40,942 nucleotides of DNA, from positions 1 to 40,942 of the forward strand of contig BQJV01000002.1 of the NCBI GenBank assembly GCA_021604885.1. The letters run 5' to 3'. The translations under genes were made by a program, and so were the position numbers. The DNA comes from Acidimicrobiales bacterium. GTDB lineage: Bacteria; Actinomycetota; Acidimicrobiia; Acidimicrobiales; Aldehydirespiratoraceae. Each line of letters begins with the position of its first letter. The first letter of the stretch is position 1. Positions 1 through 8,548 of this stretch are shown one piece after another. The notes beneath the pieces were generated by a model. The model was not told the origin of the DNA. It saw only the letters and a program-made list of their open reading frames with translations, and did no database searches.

Positions 1-271
1 CCGCCCGCTCCGGCCGGTGCGTGCCGGCCCGACCGATCAGTTCACCGCTCGCTCGCAGCTCGACCGCCCACTGGCCGGAGTTCCGCAGCGCCCACTGCCC
101 GAGGTGGTGCGCCATCTGACCCCACGCCACTTCCCGATCGAAGGTCTCGGGAATGTGGAGCGATGCGCTCACCTCCGGCGATGTGTGGATCGCGAGATAC
201 CGGTCGATGTCGTCCTCACGGAACGGTCGGAGCAACAGTCGATCGGTCTCGACCGTGGGGCACGATGACAC
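1..271 (-). CDS. GNAT family N-acetyltransferase (RimJ/RimL-like). This is an N-terminal fragment; the gene runs off the left edge of the window.
   Basis: I translated the minus strand by hand from the GTG at 271-269. It reads VSSCPTVETDRLLLRPFREDDIDRYLAIHTSPEVSASLHIPETFDREVAWGQMAHHLGQWALRNSGQWAVELRASGELIGRAG. The TxRLxLRPF...D opening followed by GxWAVxxxxxGExIG is the typical RimJ/L-type GNAT pattern. The ORF is not in the track because the window edge truncates it. Confidence 0.55.
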   Translation of the reverse strand, partial: MSSCPTVETDRLLLRPFREDDIDRYLAIHTSPEVSASLHIPETFDREVAWGQMAHHLGQWALRNSGQWAVELRASGELIGRAGTHRPERA

Positions 272-310
272 GGCTTCAAAGTATCCGGCGACGAACGGTA
301 CGGTCGCGGC

Positions 311-1972
311 ATGCTCCACTTCGCAATCCTCAGGACTGCGGGCGAAGTCGACGCTGCCGTGCGGGAGGTCCTCGACACGCCTCGTCCGCCGACGCGCCAC
401 GTGGGTGGCGAGCACCTCGTTCGCTTCGCGGGTGAACGGACCGCCGTTGCGCTGTGGTCGGATGACGGACGGCCGTGGGCGAGTGACGATGACGGCGTCA
501 CGGCGTTGGTCGGGTCGCCGCGCCTGGTCGGTACGGGCGCCGAAGATCGTCTCCATCGCCTGACTGTCGACGGACCGGGCGGAGCAAAACGCTTCGACGG
601 CCGGTTCACCGCCCTCCGCATGGAGAGCGACGGACGCGGATGGCTCCGATCGGATCGATTCGGATTGTCGCCGGTCTATCGAGGCATGGCGGGGGAGACC
701 GAGGTTCTTTCGAACCGGCCGGCGATCGTCGCTCGCCTCATCGAGGCCGCAACCGGCCGGCGGGTCGCTCGGGATCGGGCGACGGCGATGAGCGTGGCGG
801 TGCTCGGTACTGCGTTGGGTGACGAGTCCGGCTTCGAGGGCATACGCCGGGTGCCGGATCGCCACGATGTCGACCTGCCGACGCGTGGTCCCCCAGCCGA
901 TGTCGAGACGTGGCCCCACATGTGGGCTGATGAGGGCGCAGTGATCGACGGTTCGCCTGCAGAGATCGTCGCCGCAGTCACGGATCGACTCGTGGCATCC
1001 GCGCGACAGCTGGCCTTGGACCATGGCGGTGTCATCGACGCAGAGCTGACGGGCGGGCGTGACTCGCGCCTCATGCTCGCGCTCTTTCGTCTCGCGGGGG
1101 TCGAGGATCGGGTTCGCTTTCACACGTTCGGGGATCCCGGAGCGTCTGATGCTCGGGTGGCCAGGTACCTGGCACAGTCGTTCGGGCTGGATTGGGAGAT
1201 GCGGCGGGCGCGGCAGCATGAGCTCTCGGTCGAGGGATTCGTTCGTCGAGTCAGCACTTTGTCCGGCGAGTTCGGCGCGGGCGGCATCATTCCCCCCGAC
1301 GCCGGCACGATCCTCTGTTCGGGGATGATGGGCGAAGCGCTCTCCGCGAAGTACCGCAACTCGAAGCCGGCGACCGTCGGCCGTGCGACGGCTCGACTCA
1401 AGGAGATTCTCCTCAGGTCGCAACCGTTCACGAAGCGCTCCACGGTCCGCGCGGTCATGAGCCGAGTTACCGAGGGGGTGGTCGAGTCGGCCGACGCCGG
1501 CTGTCCGCCGCATGCCCTGCTCGATGCGTTCTACCTCCGCGAGCGGGAGCGTCGCTGGATCGGCTCTCGCCCGGATCGGTGGGACCGCAACGTCTTTCCG
1601 CTCTACTCACCCGACGCCATCATCGCCAACATGCACCTCCCGGTCGACGATCGGCACGGGGAGCACATTCACAGCGCCATCATTGCCGCGGCAGGTCTCC
1701 CGAACGGCAACCCGGATGAGGAACTGCCGAGAGCGCCGGACGCTCCTCCGCTGGCTGATCTCAGTGCACAGCGTTGGGCGGATGTTCTCGTCGGGATAGC
1801 ACGTGAGACACGTGCGAGTCCGATGTCGGAGTGCATCGACACACGCGCGGTCGTCCGTGCGGCCGAGAACCTGGCCGGACTCGGGCGTGTCGAGCGCCAG
1901 CAACTGTTGGACGCCCTGACTGCGCTTGCGTGGATGACGCCGGGGTTGATCCCGGCGCACTTCGACAGCTGA
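311..1972 (+). CDS. Asparagine synthetase (AsnB)-like PP-loop adenylating enzyme, paralogue 1. It lacks the N-terminal Cys nucleophile.
   Basis: 553-aa ORF with high GC3. It has an AsnB-like glutaminase-fold segment (GRFTALRMESDGRGWLRSDRFGLSPVYR) and a PP-loop variant (AELTGGRDSRLMLAL, canonical SGGxDS). The late motif FYLRERERRWIGSRPDRWDRNVFPLYSPD is also present. The protein begins MLHFAILRT rather than the MCG of true AsnB. Confidence 0.7.
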   Translation: MLHFAILRTAGEVDAAVREVLDTPRPPTRHVGGEHLVRFAGERTAVALWSDDGRPWASDDDGVTALVGSPRLVGTGAEDRLHRLTVDGPGGAKRFDGRFTALRMESDGRGWLRSDRFGLSPVYRGMAGETEVLSNRPAIVARLIEAATGRRVARDRATAMSVAVLGTALGDESGFEGIRRVPDRHDVDLPTRGPPADVETWPHMWADEGAVIDGSPAEIVAAVTDRLVASARQLALDHGGVIDAELTGGRDSRLMLALFRLAGVEDRVRFHTFGDPGASDARVARYLAQSFGLDWEMRRARQHELSVEGFVRRVSTLSGEFGAGGIIPPDAGTILCSGMMGEALSAKYRNSKPATVGRATARLKEILLRSQPFTKRSTVRAVMSRVTEGVVESADAGCPPHALLDAFYLRERERRWIGSRPDRWDRNVFPLYSPDAIIANMHLPVDDRHGEHIHSAIIAAAGLPNGNPDEELPRAPDAPPLADLSAQRWADVLVGIARETRASPMSECIDTRAVVRAAENLAGLGRVERQQLLDALTALAWMTPGLIPAHFDS

Positions 1973-2013
1973 ACAGCGCAGGAGCTCGTAGGACCACCGG
2001 TACTCTCGGCTCC

Positions 2014-3687
2014 GTGGTGCACTGGCTGATCGTTCGGACCTCGCGGCCCGAAGGAGTGGATGCGCGACTGACGCCGTTGCTCGACGGGGACTGCTCGTCG
2101 TCGGGGCTCGAGGCTGTCGAGCGAACGCTCTGGTGGAGCCAGGATCGCGGGACCGCGGCAGCCATCTGGACCGATGACCGGCAGGCCCGGTGGGTTCTTG
2201 ACGAAGACGGATCGTTGTTGGCGATGACCGGTCACGCGGTTGCCCCCGGTCGAGCGGCTGGGCCAGGCGTCCGCCCCATCCTGCGGGCGGAGGGAGCGGC
2301 GGCGTGTCGCGACCTGGACGGCATGTTCACGGCGATCAGCCTGAGGGCGGACGGTCGCGGCTGGATCCGCTCGGACCGATTCGGTCTGTCTCCGGTGTAT
2401 CGAGCTGACGTGGGCGATCACGTCGTTCTCGCCAACCGCCCGGCCGATGTCGCTGCCGTCGTACGCGCGTGCACGGGACTCGAGCCTCGCCGCGATTCGG
2501 CGACGATTCGCCATGTCGCCGTCCTCGGGACTGCGTTCGGTGATCGCAGCGGATTCGCGGGCATCCGTCGCGTCGCGAACCGCCACGACGTCGACTTCGG
2601 CACCGGGGGTGGGACGCGCGAGGTCGAGGTGTGGTCGCGGCCGTGGGAACCCGACCGGTGGGCGGCGAGCGATGATCCGAAAGCGCTTCTCGACGGGGTC
2701 CAGCAGCGACTGGTCGACGGGCTCCGGACCATCGTCGAAGCCTCGACGGCGCCGGTCGAGGCCGAGCTCACCGCCGGGACGGATTCGCGTCTGGTCCTCG
2801 CGCTCGCCCGACTCGCCGGCGTGGAGTCGCAACTGCACTTCCACACCTTCGGTTCCCCGGAGGCCGACGACGCGCGGGTCGCCCAGCGGATCAGTCGGGA
2901 TATCGGGCTCGCCTGGGAGATGCGGCGGGCGCGCACGTCCGAGGCCTCTGTCGATGCATTCGTCGATCGTGTGCGCTCGACGTCGGGGGAGTTCGGCGCC
3001 GGCGGGCTGGTGCCACCCCGGGAAGGCACGCTCCTCCTGAGCGGGATCATGGGAGAAGCACTGTCGGCCAAATACGTGAACTTCATTCCGCGCTTCACGC
3101 TGCACGCGATCCGTCGCCAGCGCCGCGTCCTGTCCCAGGTCCAGCCGTACCCGACGGCGAAGGCCGTCCGCCGCACGATGCGAGAGGTCGCCGCGGAGAT
3201 GGGTCGGATCGCGCGCGACGGCTGTCCACCAGACGCGCTGATGGACGTGTTCTACCTTCGGCAGCGCGAACGCCGATGGGTCGGCGCCCGACCGGACCGG
3301 TGGGATCGGAACCTGTTCCCGCTGTACAGCCCGGACGCGATCGTCGCGAACCTGCAGCTTCCTGCCGCACGTCGACAGGACGCGCTGATCCATCGGACCA
3401 TCATCGAGCGCGCCGACCTTCCCTGGGACATCAGCAGCGCCGGACTCCCGCCGGCGCCCCCACCCGATGACGGGGTCGATCGGCCCGTCATGAAGCCGGT
3501 GATGCAGGAGCTCCTCGCGCTGTGTCGTGACAGCCCCGGTCTCGAGTTCGTGAATCTCGTGGCGCTGTCGGGCGCCGTCGAGCGGTACTCGGAGTTGCCG
3601 CGAGTGCCCCGACAGAAGGTGACGGACGCGCTGACCGCCCTCGTGTGGGCCAACCCGACGCTCTGCGCCGCCACCGTCGACCGCTGA
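2014..3687 (+). CDS. Asparagine synthetase (AsnB)-like PP-loop adenylating enzyme, paralogue 2. It also lacks the N-terminal Cys.
   Basis: The track ORF 1831..3687 overlaps gene 1. The first canonical start after gene 1's stop is GTG at 2014 (VVHWLIVRT), and it aligns residue for residue with MLHFAILRT of paralogue 1. By eye the two proteins are about 60% identical in the aligned blocks (GMFTAISLRADGRGWIRSDRFGLSPVYR). The PP-loop is further degenerate (AELTAGTDSRLVLAL). Confidence 0.7.
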   Translation: MVHWLIVRTSRPEGVDARLTPLLDGDCSSSGLEAVERTLWWSQDRGTAAAIWTDDRQARWVLDEDGSLLAMTGHAVAPGRAAGPGVRPILRAEGAAACRDLDGMFTAISLRADGRGWIRSDRFGLSPVYRADVGDHVVLANRPADVAAVVRACTGLEPRRDSATIRHVAVLGTAFGDRSGFAGIRRVANRHDVDFGTGGGTREVEVWSRPWEPDRWAASDDPKALLDGVQQRLVDGLRTIVEASTAPVEAELTAGTDSRLVLALARLAGVESQLHFHTFGSPEADDARVAQRISRDIGLAWEMRRARTSEASVDAFVDRVRSTSGEFGAGGLVPPREGTLLLSGIMGEALSAKYVNFIPRFTLHAIRRQRRVLSQVQPYPTAKAVRRTMREVAAEMGRIARDGCPPDALMDVFYLRQRERRWVGARPDRWDRNLFPLYSPDAIVANLQLPAARRQDALIHRTIIERADLPWDISSAGLPPAPPPDDGVDRPVMKPVMQELLALCRDSPGLEFVNLVALSGAVERYSELPRVPRQKVTDALTALVWANPTLCAATVDR

Positions 3688-3705
3688 CCGGTTCGCTCCC
3701 GCGGA

Positions 3706-4557
3706 ATGGCGTGCCGTACGGTCCGCACCCATATGTCCTGGCTGCTCGATGAACGCACGGAACTCGAGTCTCTCGGCGCCGGGCGCTACCGGCGCGAGAT
3801 CGACGACGGCGAGTTCTGGGGGACCGGGAGTCCGTTCGGGGGCTACCTGATGGCGCTCGGCTTCGCTGCGATGCGTCGCGAAGTCACCGACGCCGCCCGG
3901 CTGCCGCGGATCTACACGCACCAGTTCCTGCGCCGGGTGCCGGTCGGTCCGCTGGAGATCGACGTGACGACCGAGCGGATCGGCGCCCTCGTGCACTCCC
4001 TCACGGCCCGGTTCCTCGCCGGCGAGGACACCGTCGGAATCGCAACGGGAATGTTCACCGGTGACCGCGAGGGACCGGACTATCTCGACGAGCCGATGCC
4101 GAAGGTCGCGCCTCCCACCGAGCCCGAGGGCACTCCGGTGCCGGGCTGGGCGACCAACGTCCACGGTCGTTTCGTCCCGCACCGCCGCTTCGGTGACGAC
4201 GGTGCCGTGGTGCCGAACGAGGACGGCGGGTGGCTCCGGATGGTCGAACCCGGCGCGTGGGATCACCGACTGGCGTTGATCTGCAGCGATGTGTGGCCGC
4301 CGCCTGTCATTCGTCATCCCGACCGGATGTGCGCCACCCCGAGCCTGCACCATGTCGTTCACTTCGGCCCCGCTGTCGGCGGCACCGCCGACCAGGCGCT
4401 GCTCGTCCGGCACCGCGCGACCCGGGGGCACGGCGGCCTGACCGATGAGGACATCACGCTCTGGGCTGACGACGGCCGGATCCTGCTGAAGGCCCGTCAA
4501 CTCCGCACCGTGGTGGACCTCTCGCGGATCGACACCTCGTCCTTCACCGGAGAATGA
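3706..4557 (+). CDS. Acyl-CoA thioesterase-like protein (double hotdog, TesB/4HBT_3-type).
   Basis: The N-terminus reads LDERTELESLGAGRYRREIDDGEFWGTGSPFGGYLMALGFAAMRR, matching the pattern of actinobacterial thioesterase-like family proteins (GGYLxAxAxRA). The start could instead be the ATG at 3733. The gene begins 18 nt after the upstream stop. Confidence 0.6.
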   Translation: MACRTVRTHMSWLLDERTELESLGAGRYRREIDDGEFWGTGSPFGGYLMALGFAAMRREVTDAARLPRIYTHQFLRRVPVGPLEIDVTTERIGALVHSLTARFLAGEDTVGIATGMFTGDREGPDYLDEPMPKVAPPTEPEGTPVPGWATNVHGRFVPHRRFGDDGAVVPNEDGGWLRMVEPGAWDHRLALICSDVWPPPVIRHPDRMCATPSLHHVVHFGPAVGGTADQALLVRHRATRGHGGLTDEDITLWADDGRILLKARQLRTVVDLSRIDTSSFTGE

Positions 4558-4594
4558 GGCAGGATGGCGGCTCGCCGTCGTCCAGGAGTCAGCA

Positions 4595-5455
4595 ATGAAG
4601 TTCGGAATCGGATTCGCCAACACCGTCACGTTCGTCACCGGCGAGGGTGCGGCCGAGTTGGGCAAAGCCGCCGAGGACACCGGCTTCGAGTCGCTCTGGA
4701 CCGTCGAGCACATCCTCTATCCCGAAGGCTACGAGTCGACCTACCCCTACGCGCCGGACGGCAAGATGCCCGGATCGGGGGACAGCCCGATTCCCGACCC
4801 GCTCATCTGGCTCGCGTACGTCGCCGCGAACACGACCTCGCTGAACCTCGCGACCGGCATCTCACTGCTCCCCGAGCGCCATCCCGTGACCTATGCGAAG
4901 GAGGTCGCGACGCTCGACATGATGTCCAAGGGTCGGGTGATCCTCGGCATCGGTATCGGCTGGTTGAAGGAGGAGTTCGAGGCACTCGACGTTCCGTGGG
5001 AGGGCCGCACCCGTCGGACCGAGGAGTACGCCGACGTCATGCGCGAGCTGTGGAAGAAGGACGACGTCTCCTACGCCGGCGAGTTCATCGACTTCGACAA
5101 CATCTCGTCGAACCCCAAGCCACACGATGGCTCCGTGCCGATCCACATCGGCGGTCACAGCCGGGCCGCGGCCGAGCGAGCCGGCCGCATGGGCGACGGG
5201 TTCTTCCCGGCGAAGGGCGACGTCGCCGAACTGTTCGAGATCGCCCGTCAGACTGCGGCGGACAACGGGCGTGAGCCCGAGGCGATCGAGATGACGAGCT
5301 CGCATCCGGGGATCTTCGGCGATGATCCCCAGGCCGCGGTCGAGGAGGCCGCGAGCTGGGGGATGCACCGGCTGATCGTTCCCGGCTTCATGTTCATCGG
5401 GCGCCCGGCCGACAAGATGGCGCCCTGGGCCGACCTCATCGCCGCCAACAGCTGA
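4595..5455 (+). CDS. LLM-class (luciferase-like) F420-dependent oxidoreductase.
   Basis: The protein begins MKFGIGFANTVTFVTGEGAAELGKAAEDTGFESLWTVEHILYP. It is 286 aa, the typical length for this class. An AGGAG ribosome-binding site lies upstream of the ATG. Confidence 0.8.
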   Translation: MKFGIGFANTVTFVTGEGAAELGKAAEDTGFESLWTVEHILYPEGYESTYPYAPDGKMPGSGDSPIPDPLIWLAYVAANTTSLNLATGISLLPERHPVTYAKEVATLDMMSKGRVILGIGIGWLKEEFEALDVPWEGRTRRTEEYADVMRELWKKDDVSYAGEFIDFDNISSNPKPHDGSVPIHIGGHSRAAAERAGRMGDGFFPAKGDVAELFEIARQTAADNGREPEAIEMTSSHPGIFGDDPQAAVEEAASWGMHRLIVPGFMFIGRPADKMAPWADLIAANS

Positions 5456-5488
5456 GCGCGGATCCGCGGCCCTGCTCGAGGCTCAGCT
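5450..5488. terminator. Nested inverted repeat between convergent genes; a possible bidirectional terminator.
   Basis: agctgagc (5450-5457) pairs with gctcagct (5481-5488). The 10-bp palindrome gcggatccgc (5458-5467) sits inside. The element spans the stop codons of the LLM gene (+) and the hydrolase gene (-). There is no U-tract. Confidence 0.3.
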
Positions 5489-6367
5489 TCGGCGCAATGG
5501 ACGGCTGTGATCCCAGTCGGCGATGAGGCTGCGGATGGCCGTGATCAGGATCAGGGGCACGTCCAACATCGGATGGTGGCCGGCCGTCGGGAGTTCGATC
5601 ACCGGCGCAACACGGCCGAGTTGTTCGTACATGTACTCGCCGATGTCGCGGGTCACGAGGCCGTGTTCGCACCGCAGCAGGGCGACGCGGCAGGTGATGC
5701 GGGCGAGGTACTCCGCCGCGTCCTTGCGGGCCGGCATGAAGATCGACGAGTCGAACTTCCATCGCCACTTGCCGTCCGGATCCTGGCGCAGCGACCGTTC
5801 GGCGATGTGCTGTTTCACATAGGGCAGGTAGACGTCCTGGCCGGGCACGGCCCGGAACCGCTCGATCGGTCCGTCGGGTTCGTCGTATTCCCGCTCCTTG
5901 TTGAAGGTCTCGGACGCACGTGCCTGGCGGACCTCCGGATCGATCTCGATCACCGGCGAGTCGATGATGACCGCACCGGCGAGGAGCGATGCGTGACGCG
6001 CCGCGGTTGCCACGGTGACGAACCCGCCCATGGAGTGGCCGACGAGCACCGGCGGGCCGTCGAATGCGGCGTGGCGGATGACGGCTGCGACCTCGTCGCA
6101 CCACTGGTCGAGCGAGTAGCGGTCCCGGCGGTCGCTGTCGCCGTGCCCGGACAGATCGACAGCGGCCACGGAGTGACTTGCGAGAAACGCAGGGGCGATG
6201 TGGCTCCACCAGTGGGCGTGCGCCGCGCCACCGTGCACGAAGACGATGCCGGGCCGTCCGGTGTCGCCCCACGAGAGGTAGTGGATCTCGACTCCGTCCA
6301 CCTCGATGCGGCGATCCTCGGGAACAACCGACACCGCGTCGGTGAACCAGGTCGGTGTGTCGCTCAT
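5483..6367 (-). CDS. Alpha/beta hydrolase.
   Basis: 294 aa. Motifs seen: IVFVHGGAAHAHWW, the nucleophile elbow GHSMGG, and a late AGHHPMLD histidine motif. Confidence 0.8.
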   Translation of the reverse strand: MSDTPTWFTDAVSVVPEDRRIEVDGVEIHYLSWGDTGRPGIVFVHGGAAHAHWWSHIAPAFLASHSVAAVDLSGHGDSDRRDRYSLDQWCDEVAAVIRHAAFDGPPVLVGHSMGGFVTVATAARHASLLAGAVIIDSPVIEIDPEVRQARASETFNKEREYDEPDGPIERFRAVPGQDVYLPYVKQHIAERSLRQDPDGKWRWKFDSSIFMPARKDAAEYLARITCRVALLRCEHGLVTRDIGEYMYEQLGRVAPVIELPTAGHHPMLDVPLILITAIRSLIADWDHSRPLRRS

Positions 6368-6377
6368 GAAGCCGACG

Positions 6378-7559
6378 CTACCGGCGACTGCGGGGCCCGA
6401 TGTCGTCCATGGTCGTCTCGATCAAGGTGTCGCCGAGAAGCCGACGAGCAGAGGCGAGGGCGATCGCGGCGATCCCTGCGCAGACGAGGAAGCCGACGCC
6501 GAGGTTCGACGCGCCGCTGATCACGCCGATGAGCGGGGCGCCGAGGCCGAACGCCAGATCGAAGAACATCGAGAAGCTGCCGATCGCCTGACTGCGCTCC
6601 TCGTCCGGAGCACGATCGACGACCAGCGCGAAGAGCGCCGGGAACAGGAATGTCTGGGCGACGGCGAGAACCGCCGCGGCGAGATAGGCGCCGGCCGGTT
6701 CCTGCCACGCGAACAGCAACACGAGCCCGGTGACCCCGAACGAGAGCGAGATCCGGGTCGTCGGCAGTGGCCCGAGACGGTCCGGGAGCCGGGCCGCGCC
6801 CACGCGAAGCGTGATGACCACGGCGCCGAACACGACGAACAGTCGCTCCGGGTTCTCCATGCCCATCCGTTCGCCGTGCACGACCGCGAACGCGAGGAAC
6901 CCGGTGTAGCCGAGCAGGCCGGCGAAGAGCATCAACCCCGGTCTGATCGCGGCCGGATGGATGAGACGACGCAACGGCGGGAACGGCGGACGGATCGCGG
7001 GTGGGCCGGGTGCCGACGCGCCCACGAACGCCGCGCTGACCGCGAGTGCGCCGGCGAGGAGCCACACCCAGTCGGTGCCGTGGGTGTCGCGCAGCCAGCC
7101 GCCGAGCAGCGGCCCGACGAGGAGGCTGCCGTAGATCGTGAGTGAGAAATAGGACGCGGCCTCGGCCCGTCGGTCGTCCGATGTCAGGTCCTGAATCGAA
7201 CTTGCGATGCCCACGAAGACCGCGGCCTCGCCGATGCCGGTGACGGCACGGATCGCGATGACGGCGGGAATCGACGTGGCGAGTGCCGTGGTCGCCGTGG
7301 CGGTGCCGGCCACCACGCAGCCGACGAGAACGAGCGTCCGTCGTCCGAGTCGGTCACCCAACGGCCCGATGAACGGACGGATCACGGCTGCAGCGATGCC
7401 GAACGAGCTGACGGCGAGGCCGACCTGGAAGTCGATGCCGCCCAGTTCCTCCTCCACGAAGAGTGGAAGCACCGGCAGCGTCATGTTCAAACCGAGGAAG
7501 TACAGCGCAGACGCCCCACACAACGCGAGAAAGCGCGGCGTGATGAGGCGGGTCGTCAT
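6378..7559 (-). CDS. MFS transporter.
   Basis: The real start is an internal ATG (cat at 7557-7559) of the 610-aa track ORF. From there the protein reads MTTRLITPRFLALCGASALYFLGLNMTLPVLPLFV...GPLGDRLGRRTLVLVG, which contains the MFS motif A. About 12 hydrophobic helices follow. The Arg/Pro-rich upstream extension overlaps gluQ and is not coding. Confidence 0.8.
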   Translation of the reverse strand: MTTRLITPRFLALCGASALYFLGLNMTLPVLPLFVEEELGGIDFQVGLAVSSFGIAAAVIRPFIGPLGDRLGRRTLVLVGCVVAGTATATTALATSIPAVIAIRAVTGIGEAAVFVGIASSIQDLTSDDRRAEAASYFSLTIYGSLLVGPLLGGWLRDTHGTDWVWLLAGALAVSAAFVGASAPGPPAIRPPFPPLRRLIHPAAIRPGLMLFAGLLGYTGFLAFAVVHGERMGMENPERLFVVFGAVVITLRVGAARLPDRLGPLPTTRISLSFGVTGLVLLFAWQEPAGAYLAAAVLAVAQTFLFPALFALVVDRAPDEERSQAIGSFSMFFDLAFGLGAPLIGVISGASNLGVGFLVCAGIAAIALASARRLLGDTLIETTMDDIGPRSRR

Positions 7560-7576
7560 CGTCGGATCCTGGCGGG

Positions 7577-8494
7577 TCAGTCGGCGAACGCCAACACGGG
7601 CCCTCGCGGGTTGTAGACGACCGGTCGAGTCGACACGGCGTGCGGATCGAACGATGCCGACAGCTCGCGCAGATCCGCGACCGCATCCGTCTCGATCCCG
7701 AGCGAGCGCCCGATCGCGGCGAGCAGCGAACCGACCGTGCCACCATGCTCCCGCCACTCCGCCAGCCCGGCTGACCCGTCGCGCTTGGCGAGCCGCTCGC
7801 GACCGGAGTCGAGTACGAGCGAGACATGGACCCACTCGGGTTCCGGCGTGCCCAGAACGTGATGCAGGTGCGCGTGGCGAGGGGTCGAGGGCAGGAGGTC
7901 GTCGCCCCGGACGACCTGGTCCACGCCCTGGTACGCATCGTCCACGACGACCACGAGGTTGTAGGCCGGCGTGCCGTCGAATCGCCGCAGCACGAAGTCG
8001 TCGACCTGCTGACGGTGCGCGCCGTGGAGTCGGTCGTGGATCGTGACGTCGGCGCTGTCGGCCCGAAGCCGGATCGCCGGTGGACGTCCGGACGACTCGC
8101 GTTGGGCGATCTCCGCACGGCTCAGGTCCCGACACGTCCCCGGATAGGAACCGGGCGGTCCGTGGGGAGCGGTTGGCGCGTCGCGGATGTCCTTGCGTGA
8201 GCACCAGCACGGATAGGTGAGCCCTGCCTGGCGGAGGTCCTCCAGCGCATCTCGGTATGCGTCCCCGCGGTCACGTTGGTGGAGATCGAGGCCGTCGAAC
8301 GCCAGACCCAGCTCGGCGAAGTCGCGCCGCTGGTCCGCCTCGTGCTCCGCCGTCGCGGTGACGTCGAGGTCCTCCCAGCGCAACAGACATCGGCCGTCGT
8401 CGAGACGGGCGAACAACGCGGCGGCGACCGCTGTTCGCAGGTTGCCGAGGTGGAACGTGCCCGTCGGGCTCGGGGCATAGCGACCAGTCGGCAC
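7577..8494 (-). CDS. gluQ: Glutamyl-Q tRNA(Asp) synthetase (GluQRS).
   Basis: The start is the GTG at 8494-8492. The protein reads VPTGRYAPSPTGTFHLGNLRTAVAAALFAR..., with the class I HIGH-type motif HLGN and a KMSKS-like LAKRDGS. It is 305 aa and has no anticodon-binding domain, as expected for GluQRS. Confidence 0.8.
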   Translation of the reverse strand: MPTGRYAPSPTGTFHLGNLRTAVAAALFARLDDGRCLLRWEDLDVTATAEHEADQRRDFAELGLAFDGLDLHQRDRGDAYRDALEDLRQAGLTYPCWCSRKDIRDAPTAPHGPPGSYPGTCRDLSRAEIAQRESSGRPPAIRLRADSADVTIHDRLHGAHRQQVDDFVLRRFDGTPAYNLVVVVDDAYQGVDQVVRGDDLLPSTPRHAHLHHVLGTPEPEWVHVSLVLDSGRERLAKRDGSAGLAEWREHGGTVGSLLAAIGRSLGIETDAVADLRELSASFDPHAVSTRPVVYNPRGPVLAFAD

Positions 8495-8548
8495 GACGGA
8501 ATCGTGCCACGTCGTCGGCTTCGGTACCGTCGATGCCGGAGGTCGGAG

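Noticed and set aside
1-3700. The possibility that the AsnB-like pair marks a lasso-peptide (or other RiPP) cluster with a small precursor ORF nearby.
   Set aside because: The window contains no transglutaminase-like B protease, no PqqD-like RRE and no ABC exporter. The small ORFs nearby (17..268, 153..563, 163..435) overlap the GNAT or AsnB-like coding sequences in other frames and have non-coding-like composition. I keep this only as one hypothesis within the AsnB-like finding.
1669-4713. A 1014-aa minus-strand ORF, the longest in the left part of the window.
   Set aside because: It runs antisense to three well-supported plus-strand genes (the AsnB-like genes and the thioesterase-like gene). 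Its translation is Arg/Gly/Pro/Ala-rich low-complexity sequence with no recognisable motif. This is the typical stop-free antisense frame of a high-GC genome. The same reasoning applies to 5507..6520(+), 9835..10812(+), 12105..13214(-), 14120..15565(-), 15562..17001(-), 19625..20623(-), 21691..23331(+), 24751..26367(+), 31820..33478(-), 34593..35546(-) and 39035..40450(+).
7560-8210. The N-terminal 217-aa extension of the 610-aa ORF that contains the MFS transporter. Similar long N-terminal extensions occur in ORFs 7577..9388, 8276..9949, 23261..24076, 23955..25055, 29473..31446, 31616..34156 and 37528..39513.
   Set aside because: The extensions are Arg/Pro/Ser-rich and overlap better-supported neighbouring genes. 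Each recognisable domain begins at an internal ATG, GTG or TTG that sits just after the neighbouring gene's end. I used those internal starts.
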